NCBI GenBank assembly: GCA_963772835.1 | Contig: CAVYYZ010000011.1 | Span: 256,001 to 320,000, forward strand | DNA from: an uncultured delta proteobacterium | GTDB taxonomy: Bacteria > Desulfobacterota > Desulfuromonadia > Geobacterales > Pseudopelobacteraceae | Reading direction: 5' to 3' | DNA length: 64,000 nucleotides | Shown: positions 1 to 9,585 of the stretch, in pieces | How positions within the stretch are numbered: the first letter of the stretch is position 1 | Layout of the letters: every line of letters begins with the position of its first letter | Notes under the pieces: model-generated | The model's database searches: none | Told to the model about the DNA's origin: nothing | Seen by the model: only the letters and a program-made list of their open reading frames with translations | Made by a program: the position numbers and the translations under genes

Positions 1-892
1 GAATCACCGGTACAATGTGGCTCAGGTTTTCAATGCCGACAATAAACAGTGTTCCTTTCAGCGGGTGTTCGCGAACGAGGATCTCCTCGCGCCGGTTCAG
101 GCTTTCCGGCTTGTTGAGAACTTCCTCATCCGTTCCGATTTTTCCAATATCATGCAATATTGCTCCCAGGTAAAGATCCCGCAGTTCATTCTCGGACAGA
201 TTCAGCTTTGATCCGATGCTGAGTGAAAATTCAGTTACCCTTTTTGCGTGACCTTGAGTATAGGTATCTTTCATTTCCAGGGCTCCTACCAATGCCTGGA
301 TGGTGCTGTTAAAGAGTCGTTGATCCCACATGTCGTGATGCGATGATTCAATAACAATCATTGCTTTGGAAATGGCATCTGCTGCATCTCGTCCGGCCAA
401 TCGGGAAACCAGTTCAAGAGCGAAACTGATGGCGGTACCCGGACCCTTGCTGGTGATCAGTTTGCCGTCACTGACAACCGGCCTGTCTTCATATATGGCC
501 CCGTCAAGTTTCCTGATGTAGGTGGGGTAACAGGTTGCATTCTTCCCATCGAGCAGCCCGGAAGCGGCAAGTACGATAGGGGCTGCACAGATGGCGCCGA
601 TCAGTTTATCTCTGGAGGCGAACTCTTTAAGGAGGGTATGAATACGAGGATCCGCGTTGAGGTTGTCACTGCCAGGCTGGCCACCGGGGAGGACAATCAT
701 ATCGAATGCATCAGCATGTACAGCATCTATTGTGGTTTCCGGGATAACGCTGATATTATGGGCACCGACCACCGGGCCGGGTAAAAGTCCGGCAAGAACG
801 ACATCTATTTCAGCTCTGCGGAGTATGTCAACTAACGCAATGGCTTCAATCTCTTCAAATCCATGCGCCAGCGGCATGAGAACTCTCGCCAT
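1..892 (-). CDS. DJ-1/PfpI (YajL-like) domain fused in frame to an HD-GYP domain; 3' end beyond window edge
   Basis: Manual translation from ATG at 892 (GAGG RBS): MARVLMPLAHGFEEIEA...LPGG...AICAAP...TSKGPGTA, continuing without a stop into MWDQRLFNSTIQALVGALEMKDTYTQGHAKRV...GAILHDIGKIG. Absent from the ORF track because no stop lies inside the window. Confidence 0.85.
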   Translation of the reverse strand, partial: MARVLMPLAHGFEEIEAIALVDILRRAEIDVVLAGLLPGPVVGAHNISVIPETTIDAVHADAFDMIVLPGGQPGSDNLNADPRIHTLLKEFASRDKLIGAICAAPIVLAASGLLDGKNATCYPTYIRKLDGAIYEDRPVVSDGKLITSKGPGTAISFALELVSRLAGRDAADAISKAMIVIESSHHDMWDQRLFNSTIQALVGALEMKDTYTQGHAKRVTEFSLSIGSKLNLSENELRDLYLGAILHDIGKIGTDEEVLNKPESLNRREEILVREHPLKGTLFIVGIENLSHIVPVI

Positions 893-1016
893 TTAATTCA
901 CCTCTTTTGTACGTAATCGAACGATAGTAAGCCGAAATAATCATATATCAACCGGTTTGCTAATACGTGACCTGTATCGGGATAGATGCAGCAGCGCAGT
1001 AACAATAGACAGAGAA

Positions 1017-1562
1017 TTACGGGAACAGGTCGGCGCCCTTAAATGAAATGCCTTCGCGATCTTTGGCTGAAACATTCGGCTCTGCGGTCATCGGCCAGCC
1101 AATAGCCAGATCGGGGTCGTTCCACCTGATGCAGCGCTCATGTTCCGGTGCGTAATAGTCCGTTGCAAGGTACAGAAATTCGGCAACGTCGGATGTAACA
1201 CAAAATCCATGGGCAAATCCGGGCGGAACCCAGATCTGACGTTTGTTCTCTGCAGAAAGCGTGGTGCCGAACCACTGTCCGAAGCTTGTTGAACTTCGGC
1301 GAAGATCAACTGCGACATCAAATACCTCTCCGGCTACAACCCGGACGAGTTTTCCCTGGGGTTGTTGGATCTGGTAGTGCAGTCCGCGCAGTACCCCGCC
1401 TGAAGATCTGGAGTGGTTATGCTGGACAAATCGAAGGTCGTGTCCGGTAAGATCGCGCCAGACACGTTCATTGAAACTCTCAAAAAAGAAACCACGATCA
1501 TCGCCGAAAACCTTCGGCTCAATAATCATGACATCAGGTATTGTTGAGGGAAAAATCTGCAT
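1017..1562 (-). CDS. rfbC: dTDP-4-dehydrorhamnose 3,5-epimerase
   Basis: FGDDRGFF, LRGLHYQ, QGKLVRV, GFAHGF motifs; start chosen by GGAG spacing. Confidence 0.95.
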   Translation of the reverse strand: MQIFPSTIPDVMIIEPKVFGDDRGFFFESFNERVWRDLTGHDLRFVQHNHSRSSGGVLRGLHYQIQQPQGKLVRVVAGEVFDVAVDLRRSSTSFGQWFGTTLSAENKRQIWVPPGFAHGFCVTSDVAEFLYLATDYYAPEHERCIRWNDPDLAIGWPMTAEPNVSAKDREGISFKGADLFP

Positions 1563-1594
1563 CAGGCGCATCTCCAGGCGATGGTGAAAGCAGG

Positions 1595-2314
1595 TTACTG
1601 TTGTTTTTGTGCAACATATGCGCTGCTGCGACCTTCGGCAAAAGTCAGATGGTGAACCATGGCATCGCGGGCGCCCTGGGGATCTTTGGCTTTAATCGCC
1701 TCAACAATCGCACGGTGATGGGCATACAGAAGCTGATGGTCTTCATGAGTCAGGTAGACAGCCCGCCAGACTGTCTGCTGAAACTCCTTCATGGCATCAA
1801 ACAGGCTCTGCATCAGGTGCAGCCAGACGATATTATGAGTGGCCCGGGCGATAACAATGTGCAGGTTGGCATCAAGATCTTCCGAAGGCTGCTTCAAATC
1901 AAGGTTACGTTTCATTCCGGCAATAATTTCATCCATACGGAGAATGTCATCCGGAAGAGCTCGCTGGGCGGCGTACCAGGCGGTCCAGGATTCCATTGAT
2001 TTACGGACTTCTATGACGTCAAGCGCCCGATCCTGTTGAATGCGGATCAATTCACTGAGAGAATTGGTAGAGGAGGTCTCTACCAGAGACATGACAACCG
2101 TGCCGCCCCCCTGATACGACATGACCAGGCCGGAAGAGGCTAGGACATTCAGAGCTTCCCGGACCGAGGGTCGGGATACGCCGAACATTTCTGCAAGTTC
2201 GCGTTCAGGAGGCAGTTTGTCACCTGGTGCGAACTCACCGGACAGTATGGAGGAGCGGATCTGTTCTGCAATTTGTGTTGAAACTTTTTTCGGTTTAATC
2301 GGTTGAAAATTCAT
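1595..2314 (-). CDS. FadR/GntR-family transcriptional regulator (LldR/LutR-like), paralogue 1
   Basis: PGDKLPPERELAEMFGVSRPSVREAL wHTH followed by FCD domain. Confidence 0.92.
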   Translation of the reverse strand: MNFQPIKPKKVSTQIAEQIRSSILSGEFAPGDKLPPERELAEMFGVSRPSVREALNVLASSGLVMSYQGGGTVVMSLVETSSTNSLSELIRIQQDRALDVIEVRKSMESWTAWYAAQRALPDDILRMDEIIAGMKRNLDLKQPSEDLDANLHIVIARATHNIVWLHLMQSLFDAMKEFQQTVWRAVYLTHEDHQLLYAHHRAIVEAIKAKDPQGARDAMVHHLTFAEGRSSAYVAQKQQ

Positions 2315-2328
2315 TGTCGGTTCCAATC

Positions 2329-2356
2329 AAAAAGGGGTGTCATAACGGCACCCCTT
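2329..2356 (-). terminator. Intrinsic terminator-like hairpin between glcF-like gene and regulator
   Basis: Minus strand AAGGGGTGCC-gttat-GACACCCCTT followed by T run. Confidence 0.65.
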
Positions 2357-2396
2357 CTTTTTATAGTATTTTGTGCCGTTCTGCAACCGGCAGATA

Positions 2397-3635
2397 TCAA
2401 TTATCCATACTCTGCACAAGTATTTCAGTCAGATGCATGAGCTGAACGTTCGGCAGCTGGTCTGCAAGACCTTTCTTTAATTGTAAAAGACATCCCGGAT
2501 TGCTGGTTACCAGGATTTCAGCACCGCTGGCGCGTACCGAATCAAGTTTGCGCTGCAGGATCCTGTCCGACATATCCGGTTTGGAAATGTTGTACGTTCC
2601 TGCGCTGCCGCAACAGGTATCGGCAGCTTCCAGTTCTTTGTAGTGCAAATCCGGAATCAGTTTGAGCAGATCGCGCGGCTCCTTGCGAATCCCCTGACAA
2701 TGCGCAATGTGACAAGGATCATGGTAAGTAACGTTCCGATTCAGTGGTTTCAGTTTGGCACGAAGTTCGTCGGAGTGCAGTGCCAGAATCTGAGAAATAT
2801 CCCTGATCTTTGAGCTGAACTCCGATGCAGCTTCTCCATCGATATGATGCCCGTATTTCTTCAGTTCAGCACCGCAACCGCCACAGTCGGTGACGATAAC
2901 ATCTACCCCATAGTCACTAAAAATATCGATATTGGTACGGGCTGCTTCTTTGAGGCCCTCAAGGTCGCCACCCAGCATGTTGGGAGCGCCACAGCAGACC
3001 TGATTCCGGGGAGTGATAACGTTGTAGCCCAGGCCGGAAAGCAGCTTTATTGTTGCACGGCTTGCATCGGAGAAGATCAGGCTCATAACGCATCCCAGAA
3101 AGAACCCGACCGTTCCGCGCTCAGCGCCGACCGCCGGTGTTATCTCATTGATTTCCTGACGAAGCGGCCGCGGAGGGAGAGGAGGCAGCAGACCTTCCAT
3201 ACGTTCCAATGGTCTGGGGAACATTTTGAGGACGCCGAGTGTTCTCACCAGCTTCTGCAGTCCGCTGTTCTGGTAGAGCCGCATCGGCACCATGGATGAT
3301 TCAAGACGGTCGGGGTGAGGAACCAGTTTCCGTAGAATCAACTCCTCCATGAAGCTGAGTCCGGAACCACTCTTTTTCTCGCAGGTAAATTCCGCCACCA
3401 GTTCGCCGGCATTCACTCCGCAGGGACAAGCCGAAGCGCATGCCTGGCAATCCAGACAGAGTGAAATATACTCCAGCAGTTGCTCCGATTGGTCCAGTTC
3501 ACCCTCTTGCAGTTTTCGGATAAGAGCGACCCGGCCGCGGGGTGACGCCGTTTCCAGGAATGTCTCCTTGTAGGTCGGACAGGAGGGGAGACACATGCCG
3601 CAGCGCATACAGTTTATAAGTTTGACATAGTCCAT
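2397..3635 (-). CDS. glcF: GlcF-like Fe-S subunit of a lactate/glycolate dehydrogenase (2x[4Fe-4S] plus two CCG domains)
   Basis: CMRCGMCLPSCP, CLDCQACASACP, CCGA, YHDPCH, CCGSAG. Confidence 0.88.
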   Translation of the reverse strand: MDYVKLINCMRCGMCLPSCPTYKETFLETASPRGRVALIRKLQEGELDQSEQLLEYISLCLDCQACASACPCGVNAGELVAEFTCEKKSGSGLSFMEELILRKLVPHPDRLESSMVPMRLYQNSGLQKLVRTLGVLKMFPRPLERMEGLLPPLPPRPLRQEINEITPAVGAERGTVGFFLGCVMSLIFSDASRATIKLLSGLGYNVITPRNQVCCGAPNMLGGDLEGLKEAARTNIDIFSDYGVDVIVTDCGGCGAELKKYGHHIDGEAASEFSSKIRDISQILALHSDELRAKLKPLNRNVTYHDPCHIAHCQGIRKEPRDLLKLIPDLHYKELEAADTCCGSAGTYNISKPDMSDRILQRKLDSVRASGAEILVTSNPGCLLQLKKGLADQLPNVQLMHLTEILVQSMDN

Positions 3636-3653
3636 AATAACCTCACCCCACCT

Positions 3654-3795
3654 ACCACAAAGACATTAAGAACACGAAGTTAAACTGCCTGAACAGACCT
3701 TAAGTGATAAAATTAGCGTTCCATTCAGTCTCAGGAGTTGCAAATCGTTACTTTGTTTGTATACGCACACTTTGTGCAGTTCGTTCCTTGGTGGT
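3654..3795. repeat. Degenerate intergenic inverted-repeat element with 9-bp periodic arms
   Basis: Left arm ACCACAAAGACATTAAGAACACGAAG (3654-3679), right arm CTTTGTGCAGTTCGTTCCTTGGTGGT (3770-3795); 17 of 26 positions complementary. Confidence 0.5.
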
Positions 3796-3814
3796 GGACA
3801 ACAATTCTATCGCT

Positions 3815-5185
3815 TTAAAATATTTTTCCAGGATTCAGTATCCCCTTCGGATCAAACGCGTTTTTTATACCCCGCATAACCCGGATCCCCGACTCACCTA
3901 CCAGACGCGGCAGATACTTCTTTTTGGCCAATCCGACACCATGTTCGCCGGTAATGGTGCCGCCCATGGCGATTGCTGCGTCGAAGATTTCTTCAAACGC
4001 GGCGTGGGCCCGTTTGATTTCATCCTTATCACGCTCGTCAGTCAGACAGGTCGGATGCAGGTTGCCATCACCGGCATGGCCGAAGGTGCCGATGGTGACA
4101 TTGTATTTTTTAGCGGCGGCCTGAATAATCTGCAGCATGGGGGCGATACAGCTGCGCGGCACGGTGGCATCTTCCAGGATGGTTGTCGGCTTGAGTCGTG
4201 CCAGGGCTGAAAGAGCCGTACGACGGGCCTCGGTCAGTTTGAGTGCTTCGGCAGTGTTCTGCGCCGTTTGAAAGAAGGAACAGCGGTACTTATTGCAGAT
4301 ATCAGCCACGGCAGCGGCCTCCTCTGCGATCACCACCGGGTGACCATCCACCTCAATAAGCAGCACCGCATCCACATTCAGCGGTAACCCGATATGGGCG
4401 TAATCCTCGACGCACTTGATGGTGACCTTGTCTAGAAACTCCAGAGTGGCCGGAATAACCTTGGCGGCGATGATGGCTGAAACCGCCAGGGCCGCATCCT
4501 GAAGCACCGGGAAATGGGCCAGCATGGTGATCTTCCCCTGGGGTTTGGGGATCAACTTGACGGTAATACCGGTGAAGAACCCCAGCGTACCTTCTGATGA
4601 AACTAATAGTGGATTGAGGCTGTAACCGGCCACATCCTTGACCACTTTACCGCCCGTGCGCAGCAGTTCCCCGTCAGCGAGGATAGTTTCAAGCCCCATG
4701 ACATAATCAGCGGTGACTCCGTATTTAAGGCCGCGCAGTCCGCCCGAGTTTTCAGCAACGTTGCCCCCCATGGTGGAGATATTCATGCTGCCAGGATCGG
4801 GAGGATAGAACAGGCCGCGCGACTCAACCTCTCTATGCAGGGCACTGGTTATCAGACCCGGCTCCACCGTAGCGGTCAGGTTCTCCTCATCGATCTCCAA
4901 CAACCGATTCAAGCGGCTGGTTTGAACCACAACTCCCCCGGCTGACAGGGAGCCGCCCGACAGGTTGGTGCCGGATCCGCGGGGGGTGACCATCACGCCG
5001 TCAGCATGGCAAAGACGCATGATGCGTGCAACTTCATCGGTTGTTCCAGGCAGCAGCACCGCCCCCGGAAGGCTTTCCAACTCCGGGGTGGAGTCGTAAC
5101 CATATACCGCAAGTGATTCTCGATCGGTCAGGGTGTACTGCTCTCCGACAATTGATTGCAGCTCTTTTATGAATGATGGTTGCAT
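3815..5185 (-). CDS. glcD: GlcD-like FAD-linked 2-hydroxyacid (lactate/glycolate) dehydrogenase subunit
   Basis: PRGSGTNLSGG, YPPDPGS, GHAGDGNLH, GEHGVG, LNPGKIF. Confidence 0.9.
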   Translation of the reverse strand: MQPSFIKELQSIVGEQYTLTDRESLAVYGYDSTPELESLPGAVLLPGTTDEVARIMRLCHADGVMVTPRGSGTNLSGGSLSAGGVVVQTSRLNRLLEIDEENLTATVEPGLITSALHREVESRGLFYPPDPGSMNISTMGGNVAENSGGLRGLKYGVTADYVMGLETILADGELLRTGGKVVKDVAGYSLNPLLVSSEGTLGFFTGITVKLIPKPQGKITMLAHFPVLQDAALAVSAIIAAKVIPATLEFLDKVTIKCVEDYAHIGLPLNVDAVLLIEVDGHPVVIAEEAAAVADICNKYRCSFFQTAQNTAEALKLTEARRTALSALARLKPTTILEDATVPRSCIAPMLQIIQAAAKKYNVTIGTFGHAGDGNLHPTCLTDERDKDEIKRAHAAFEEIFDAAIAMGGTITGEHGVGLAKKKYLPRLVGESGIRVMRGIKNAFDPKGILNPGKIF

Positions 5186-5259
5186 GGCTGACTCCATTAC
5201 TGTCTCTTTATCTTGGTTGGCGACCTCTGAACCAGGCCAGCAAAACCACTGTTGTTTAT

Positions 5260-5300
5260 ATTGGTATTACCAATTACCATATCAGGACAAGAACTGTCAA
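5260..5300 (-). promoter_or_regulatory. Promoter with overlapping FadR/GntR (PdhR/LldR-type) operator upstream of glcD
   Basis: Minus strand TTGACA-N18-TAATTGGTAATACCAAT; palindrome ATTGGTA-T-TACCAAT at 5260-5274. Confidence 0.75.
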
Positions 5301-5517
5301 CAACATTTATTTATAAAGGTATCTATCTGTATTGGAAGAATAATCAGTGCGCAAAACTGGTTTTATATTTGGTTATACGTGTTGTGTTCATGACAAATGG
5401 TGCAAGATTATAGGCGTTTTGTGAGAGATTCAATATCTGCATGTCAAACAGTTTTATTATTAACAATGAGTAGAAATGATTGTTGGGGACAAATTATAAA
5501 TTATCGGATTCGGGGGA

Positions 5518-6051
5518 TCAGGATCGTGAAAAATCACGAAGAATGCCTGACTTTTTATCGTGCACTAGCAGCGCATTGAGGAGATACCCGGTAATAAAGC
5601 CGGTCGGTATGCTGGCCAACAGGAGAACCGGGAGGTAGTAGGCAATGGCCGTACTTTGAAGAAGCAGACCTGCGGCCAGAAGTTGGCCGATATTATGAGC
5701 GGCGGCACCAGCCAGACTGATGCCGATCATGCTGAAGCAGCTTGTCCGTTTCAACAACAGAGCCATGAGCATTGTGCTGCAGAGTGCTCCGCTCAGGCCG
5801 AGCAGAAAACCGGGAGAGAGGAACATGCCGTTGATCAGTGATCCCAGCACCACCCTCATCAACGCCACGGTCAATCCGGGCCGGAAGCCGTAAAGAAAGA
5901 GTGTCAGGAGGGTGATGATGTTGGCCAACCCCAGTTTCACACCGGGTATCGGCAATGGGATCGGCAGCATCCCTTCCACCAGATGCAGGGCGGTCCCCAT
6001 GGCAACCAGCAGGGCCAGAAAAACCAGTCGGCGGGTACTTGTTCTCATCAA
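5518..6051 (-). CDS. Gx transporter family membrane protein ('heptaprenyl diphosphate synthase component I'-like), possible ECF S-component
   Basis: PLPIPGVKLGLANII and GAAAHNIGQL motifs, multiple TM helices. Confidence 0.85.
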   Translation of the reverse strand: MMRTSTRRLVFLALLVAMGTALHLVEGMLPIPLPIPGVKLGLANIITLLTLFLYGFRPGLTVALMRVVLGSLINGMFLSPGFLLGLSGALCSTMLMALLLKRTSCFSMIGISLAGAAAHNIGQLLAAGLLLQSTAIAYYLPVLLLASIPTGFITGYLLNALLVHDKKSGILRDFSRS

Positions 6052-6428
6052 CGGGTGACGGCGTCCACGGGAGCCGTTCCTTCAATACGGATAACAATTT
6101 CCCCGGGAATACAGATAATTGATTCTCCGGCATGCTCTATCCACCCCTGGTTGACACAGACCCGACCGGGACAAGGCGCCTCCTGCATGCGCAGACGCCA
6201 CCCATCCACCTCCACGACAGAAGGACCGACACGCCCCTGGACAGTAAACGTTACGTGGTTTTCCACCGGCAGAGAAATTTTCCTGACCACTGTACCTTTA
6301 ACTGAAATAACGGCATTTACAGCTTTAGTTGAGCCTGAAAAGGAATAGAAGCGACAGTAGAGCAGCGCCAGTGAAAACAGGGAGATCAGCAGCAATCCCG
6401 CCATTAGAAATTTATCGCCCCTGGTCAT
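6048..6428 (-). CDS. NusG domain II-containing membrane-anchored protein
   Basis: N-terminal TM helix, then APCPGRVCVNQGWI...IICIP...VDAV. Confidence 0.85.
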   Translation of the reverse strand: MTRGDKFLMAGLLLISLFSLALLYCRFYSFSGSTKAVNAVISVKGTVVRKISLPVENHVTFTVQGRVGPSVVEVDGWRLRMQEAPCPGRVCVNQGWIEHAGESIICIPGEIVIRIEGTAPVDAVTR

Positions 6429-7476
6429 AACGATACGCCTCACCCTGCCTGACTTCGATTGTTCCAAGCAGAGATTCTGAGTGACTGATGCGTTTGTCGG
6501 CGGTAACGAGAAACAGTTCCACACCGGGGAGAGTTGCCGCAAGCTTCATAGCTTTATCCGGCGGCATAACAAAGAAAACTGTTGAAAGGATATCGGCCTG
6601 ACCGGCGTCTTTAGCCACCACAGTGGCACTGATGGTATGGGTGGCCGGATAGCCGCTGCGGGGATCGAGAATATGATGATAGCGCCTGCCATTCTGCTCG
6701 AAGGCGCGGTAGTAATCAGCCGAAGTCACCGCCGAACTGTCAATCAGCGACAGGACAGCCACAATGGCGTCGGCTTTGCGCGGATCTTTAATGCCGATTT
6801 TCCAGGGGGCATTTTGGGTATTGCTGCCCAGTACCCTGATATTTCCACCTGCGTCAATCAGCGCCTTGTCAATGCCCTGCTGTGCAAGCAGCTGCAGCGC
6901 CTTTTCGGTGGCATACCCTTTCGCCACCGCCCCCAGGTCCAGTTTCATACCGGCTCTACGGAGAAAAGCGGTACGTTTCTCTTCGTCCAGCAGCAGATCG
7001 TTGCTGTTTACCAGGGGGAGAGCGGCGCGAATCTGCTCCGGTGAAGGAACGTGCGGATTTTTACCGCCAAAGCCCCATAAATCCATCAGAGGCCCGATGG
7101 TGATATCAAATGCACCGTCACTCAGAAGATAATATTTTTTAGCCAGCCGCAGCATCGCCAGAATATCATCATCAATCCGCACCGGCTGTTTTCCGGCTTG
7201 ATCATTAATCCGGCACACATCACTGCTGCGATATGCGGACGTTCCCGGCAGCGGAAAGCCGTCTGCCAGTTCGGCAATGCGGTGCATTTCAGCATAGGCA
7301 GCAGTCACCGCTTTTTTAACCGTAGCCGGATCTTTGCCGTAGGCTTTGATACTGACCAGTGTATCCATCAGGAACTGTTCGCTGCTGTATTCGTAGGATC
7401 GGCGGAAGTACTGCAGCGTTGCGAGCCCGCCGATCAGCAGGAGTGCAACAATCAGGAGGCCGATCTTTCTGGTCAT
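6412..7476 (-). CDS. apbE: FAD:protein FMN transferase (flavin transferase)
   Basis: MDT, GAFDITIGPL, LDLGAVAKGY, DAGGNI, TSADY, HHILDPRSG, ADILST; N-terminal hydrophobic anchor. Confidence 0.93.
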   Translation of the reverse strand: MTRKIGLLIVALLLIGGLATLQYFRRSYEYSSEQFLMDTLVSIKAYGKDPATVKKAVTAAYAEMHRIAELADGFPLPGTSAYRSSDVCRINDQAGKQPVRIDDDILAMLRLAKKYYLLSDGAFDITIGPLMDLWGFGGKNPHVPSPEQIRAALPLVNSNDLLLDEEKRTAFLRRAGMKLDLGAVAKGYATEKALQLLAQQGIDKALIDAGGNIRVLGSNTQNAPWKIGIKDPRKADAIVAVLSLIDSSAVTSADYYRAFEQNGRRYHHILDPRSGYPATHTISATVVAKDAGQADILSTVFFVMPPDKAMKLAATLPGVELFLVTADKRISHSESLLGTIEVRQGEAYRYDQGR

Positions 7477-8354
7477 AACGGAGCACATACTCCGCACTGC
7501 GTGCAGCCGGGGGCCGGAGTCTCGCCGACTTCAAGAACCACCTCTTCCGATAGGGGCATTATTTTGTCAATCGACTTGGTGGGGCACTTGGCTGCGCAGA
7601 TGCCGCAGTTGGTACATTTTTCATAATCAATCAGGGCAACGGTACCTTCTCCTGTTGCCACAACATGAACCGCATCTTCAGGACAGTTCTTTTCACAGAT
7701 CTTGCACTTGATGCAGGCGGTAGGACAGTTTGCCTTGGCATCCTTTCCTTTTTCAGTATTGACGCAGCGGACATTAACCAGATGCGAAACACCGACCAGT
7801 TTATATAGTTGCAGAGGGCACTCCACGACACATTTGTTGCAGCCGGTGCAGCGGTAATAGTCGACTACCGGCAGGCCGTTTACCCCCATCTGAATAGCCC
7901 CGAACTGACAGACCCGCGAACATGATCCCTGCATAACGCAGCCGAATTTGCAGGCCTTCGGCCCTTTAAAGTTGGCCAGAGCGGCATGGCAATCACTGAC
8001 CCCTTCATAGCGGTACAACATCCTGGTATGAACCTTGTCGCCCTGGCAGAGCAGTTGAGCAACCTTGCGCTCTTCATAGGCGGATACTTCCGTTCCCATG
8101 ATGGCGGCAATCTTTTCATAGAGAGACGCACCACCGGGAGAACAGGCGCTCGGTTTGACTGCATCAATTACGATAGCTTCGGCAAAAGCGGCGCACCCCG
8201 GCATTCCACAGGCGCCGCAGTTGGCACCCGGCATGACCTTCATCAGTTCTTCCACCCGCGGATCGACCTCCACGGCAAATCTTTTCGCGGCGAAACCAAG
8301 GACAATCCCGAAGATCGCCCCCAGGCACCCCAGAGTAACTACAGCAACCAGCAT
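7473..8354 (-). CDS. rnfB: Rnf complex subunit B (polyferredoxin type)
   Basis: TM anchor, PGANCGACGMPGC, several CxxCxxCxxxCP motifs. Confidence 0.92.
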   Translation of the reverse strand: MLVAVVTLGCLGAIFGIVLGFAAKRFAVEVDPRVEELMKVMPGANCGACGMPGCAAFAEAIVIDAVKPSACSPGGASLYEKIAAIMGTEVSAYEERKVAQLLCQGDKVHTRMLYRYEGVSDCHAALANFKGPKACKFGCVMQGSCSRVCQFGAIQMGVNGLPVVDYYRCTGCNKCVVECPLQLYKLVGVSHLVNVRCVNTEKGKDAKANCPTACIKCKICEKNCPEDAVHVVATGEGTVALIDYEKCTNCGICAAKCPTKSIDKIMPLSEEVVLEVGETPAPGCTQCGVCAPL

Positions 8355-8375
8355 TGTACTACCTCCATGAATCTC

Positions 8376-8951
8376 CTAAATCAGTCCTGAAAAACCGAGG
8401 AACGCCATTGACATCAAAGCCGCTACTACCAGCGCAATCGGTGTCCCCTGCATGCTTTCCGGAATATCGGCATCTTCCAGACGCTCCCTGATCCCCGACA
8501 TGAGTACCAGCGCCAGGGTAAAGCCGGCTGCATGACTGAGGCTGTGCACCATGACTTTGCCAAAGGTATATTCCTTCTGGATGTTGATGATCGCAACCCC
8601 CAGAACCGCACAGTTGGTCGTGATCAGCGGCAGATAGATACCGAGCGCCTTGTAAAGCGGCGGGCTGTATTTTTTCATGGCCATCTCGACAAACTGCACC
8701 AGAGCGGCGATGATCAGGATGAATGCTATCGTCTGCAGATAGCCGATCTTGAACGGGTTGAGGATGTAGGTCTGCACAGTCCAGGTCAGCGCTCCGGCCA
8801 GCACCAGCACGAAGGAAACTGCGCCACCCATTCCGAGTGAAGCACTCAGTTTTTTGGATACCCCCAGAAAGGGGCAGATTCCGAGAAACTGGGAGAGCAC
8901 AATATTGTTGATCAGCACGGCGCTGATTATGATGATGAAATATTCCTGCAT
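8376..8951 (-). CDS. rnfA: Rnf complex subunit A
   Basis: FLGICPFLGVS, LPLITTNCAVLG. Confidence 0.95.
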   Translation of the reverse strand: MQEYFIIIISAVLINNIVLSQFLGICPFLGVSKKLSASLGMGGAVSFVLVLAGALTWTVQTYILNPFKIGYLQTIAFILIIAALVQFVEMAMKKYSPPLYKALGIYLPLITTNCAVLGVAIINIQKEYTFGKVMVHSLSHAAGFTLALVLMSGIRERLEDADIPESMQGTPIALVVAALMSMAFLGFSGLI

Positions 8952-8969
8952 AGCTTAGTCCTTCCTTTC

Positions 8970-9560
8970 CTAGGTTGTCTTTTTCTGGAGTTTATTCATG
9001 AGGCCGAGCAGACAGCCGAGCGTTATGAAGCCGCCGGGAGGCAGGATCATCAGGATGGCCGGCGCACTTTCCGGCAGAACCGGAATTCCCAGAAATGTAC
9101 CGGCTCCGAGCACCTCCCTGAAAGTACTTACCAGTACCAGCGCCAGGGTGAAGCCGATCCCCATGCCGATAGCATCGACAACAGAAGGAATGACCGGATT
9201 TCTATTGGCGAATGCTTCCGCCCGCCCAAGAATAATACAGTTGACCACGATCAGCGGAATAAAAATCCCCAGAGCCGTATACAGTGCCGGGGTAAAGGCG
9301 TGCATCAGTTGGTCGGTCATGGTAACGAACGAGGCGATGATAACCACATACACCGGTATCCTGACGTTATCCGGAATGATCTTGCGCATGAGAGAAATAG
9401 CAACATTGGACGCAATCAGGACTGCGGTAAATGCGGCTCCCATGCCGAGCCCGTTTTCCACAGAAGTGGTTATGGCAAGAGAGGGGCAGCACCCCAGCAT
9501 CAGCCGAAACAGAGGGTTCTCCTTGATTATCCCTTTGGTAAATTCATTCATCAAGCTCAT
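8970..9560 (-). CDS. rnfE: Rnf complex subunit E
   Basis: ENP..LG.CP.LA, IPLIVVNCIILGRAEAFA, LPPGGF; GGAGG RBS. Confidence 0.95.
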   Translation of the reverse strand: MSLMNEFTKGIIKENPLFRLMLGCCPSLAITTSVENGLGMGAAFTAVLIASNVAISLMRKIIPDNVRIPVYVVIIASFVTMTDQLMHAFTPALYTALGIFIPLIVVNCIILGRAEAFANRNPVIPSVVDAIGMGIGFTLALVLVSTFREVLGAGTFLGIPVLPESAPAILMILPPGGFITLGCLLGLMNKLQKKTT

Positions 9561-9585
9561 CGCGCAGACCTCCACGGCATGGTTA

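Noticed and set aside
17..896. Plus-strand ORFs 17-211 and 657-896
   Set aside because: Antisense to the DJ-1/HD-GYP gene.
5382..5396. TTGTGTTCATGACAA as a Rex or CRP/FNR site
   Set aside because: Spacing and half-sites do not fit those consensus sequences, and it occurs only once.
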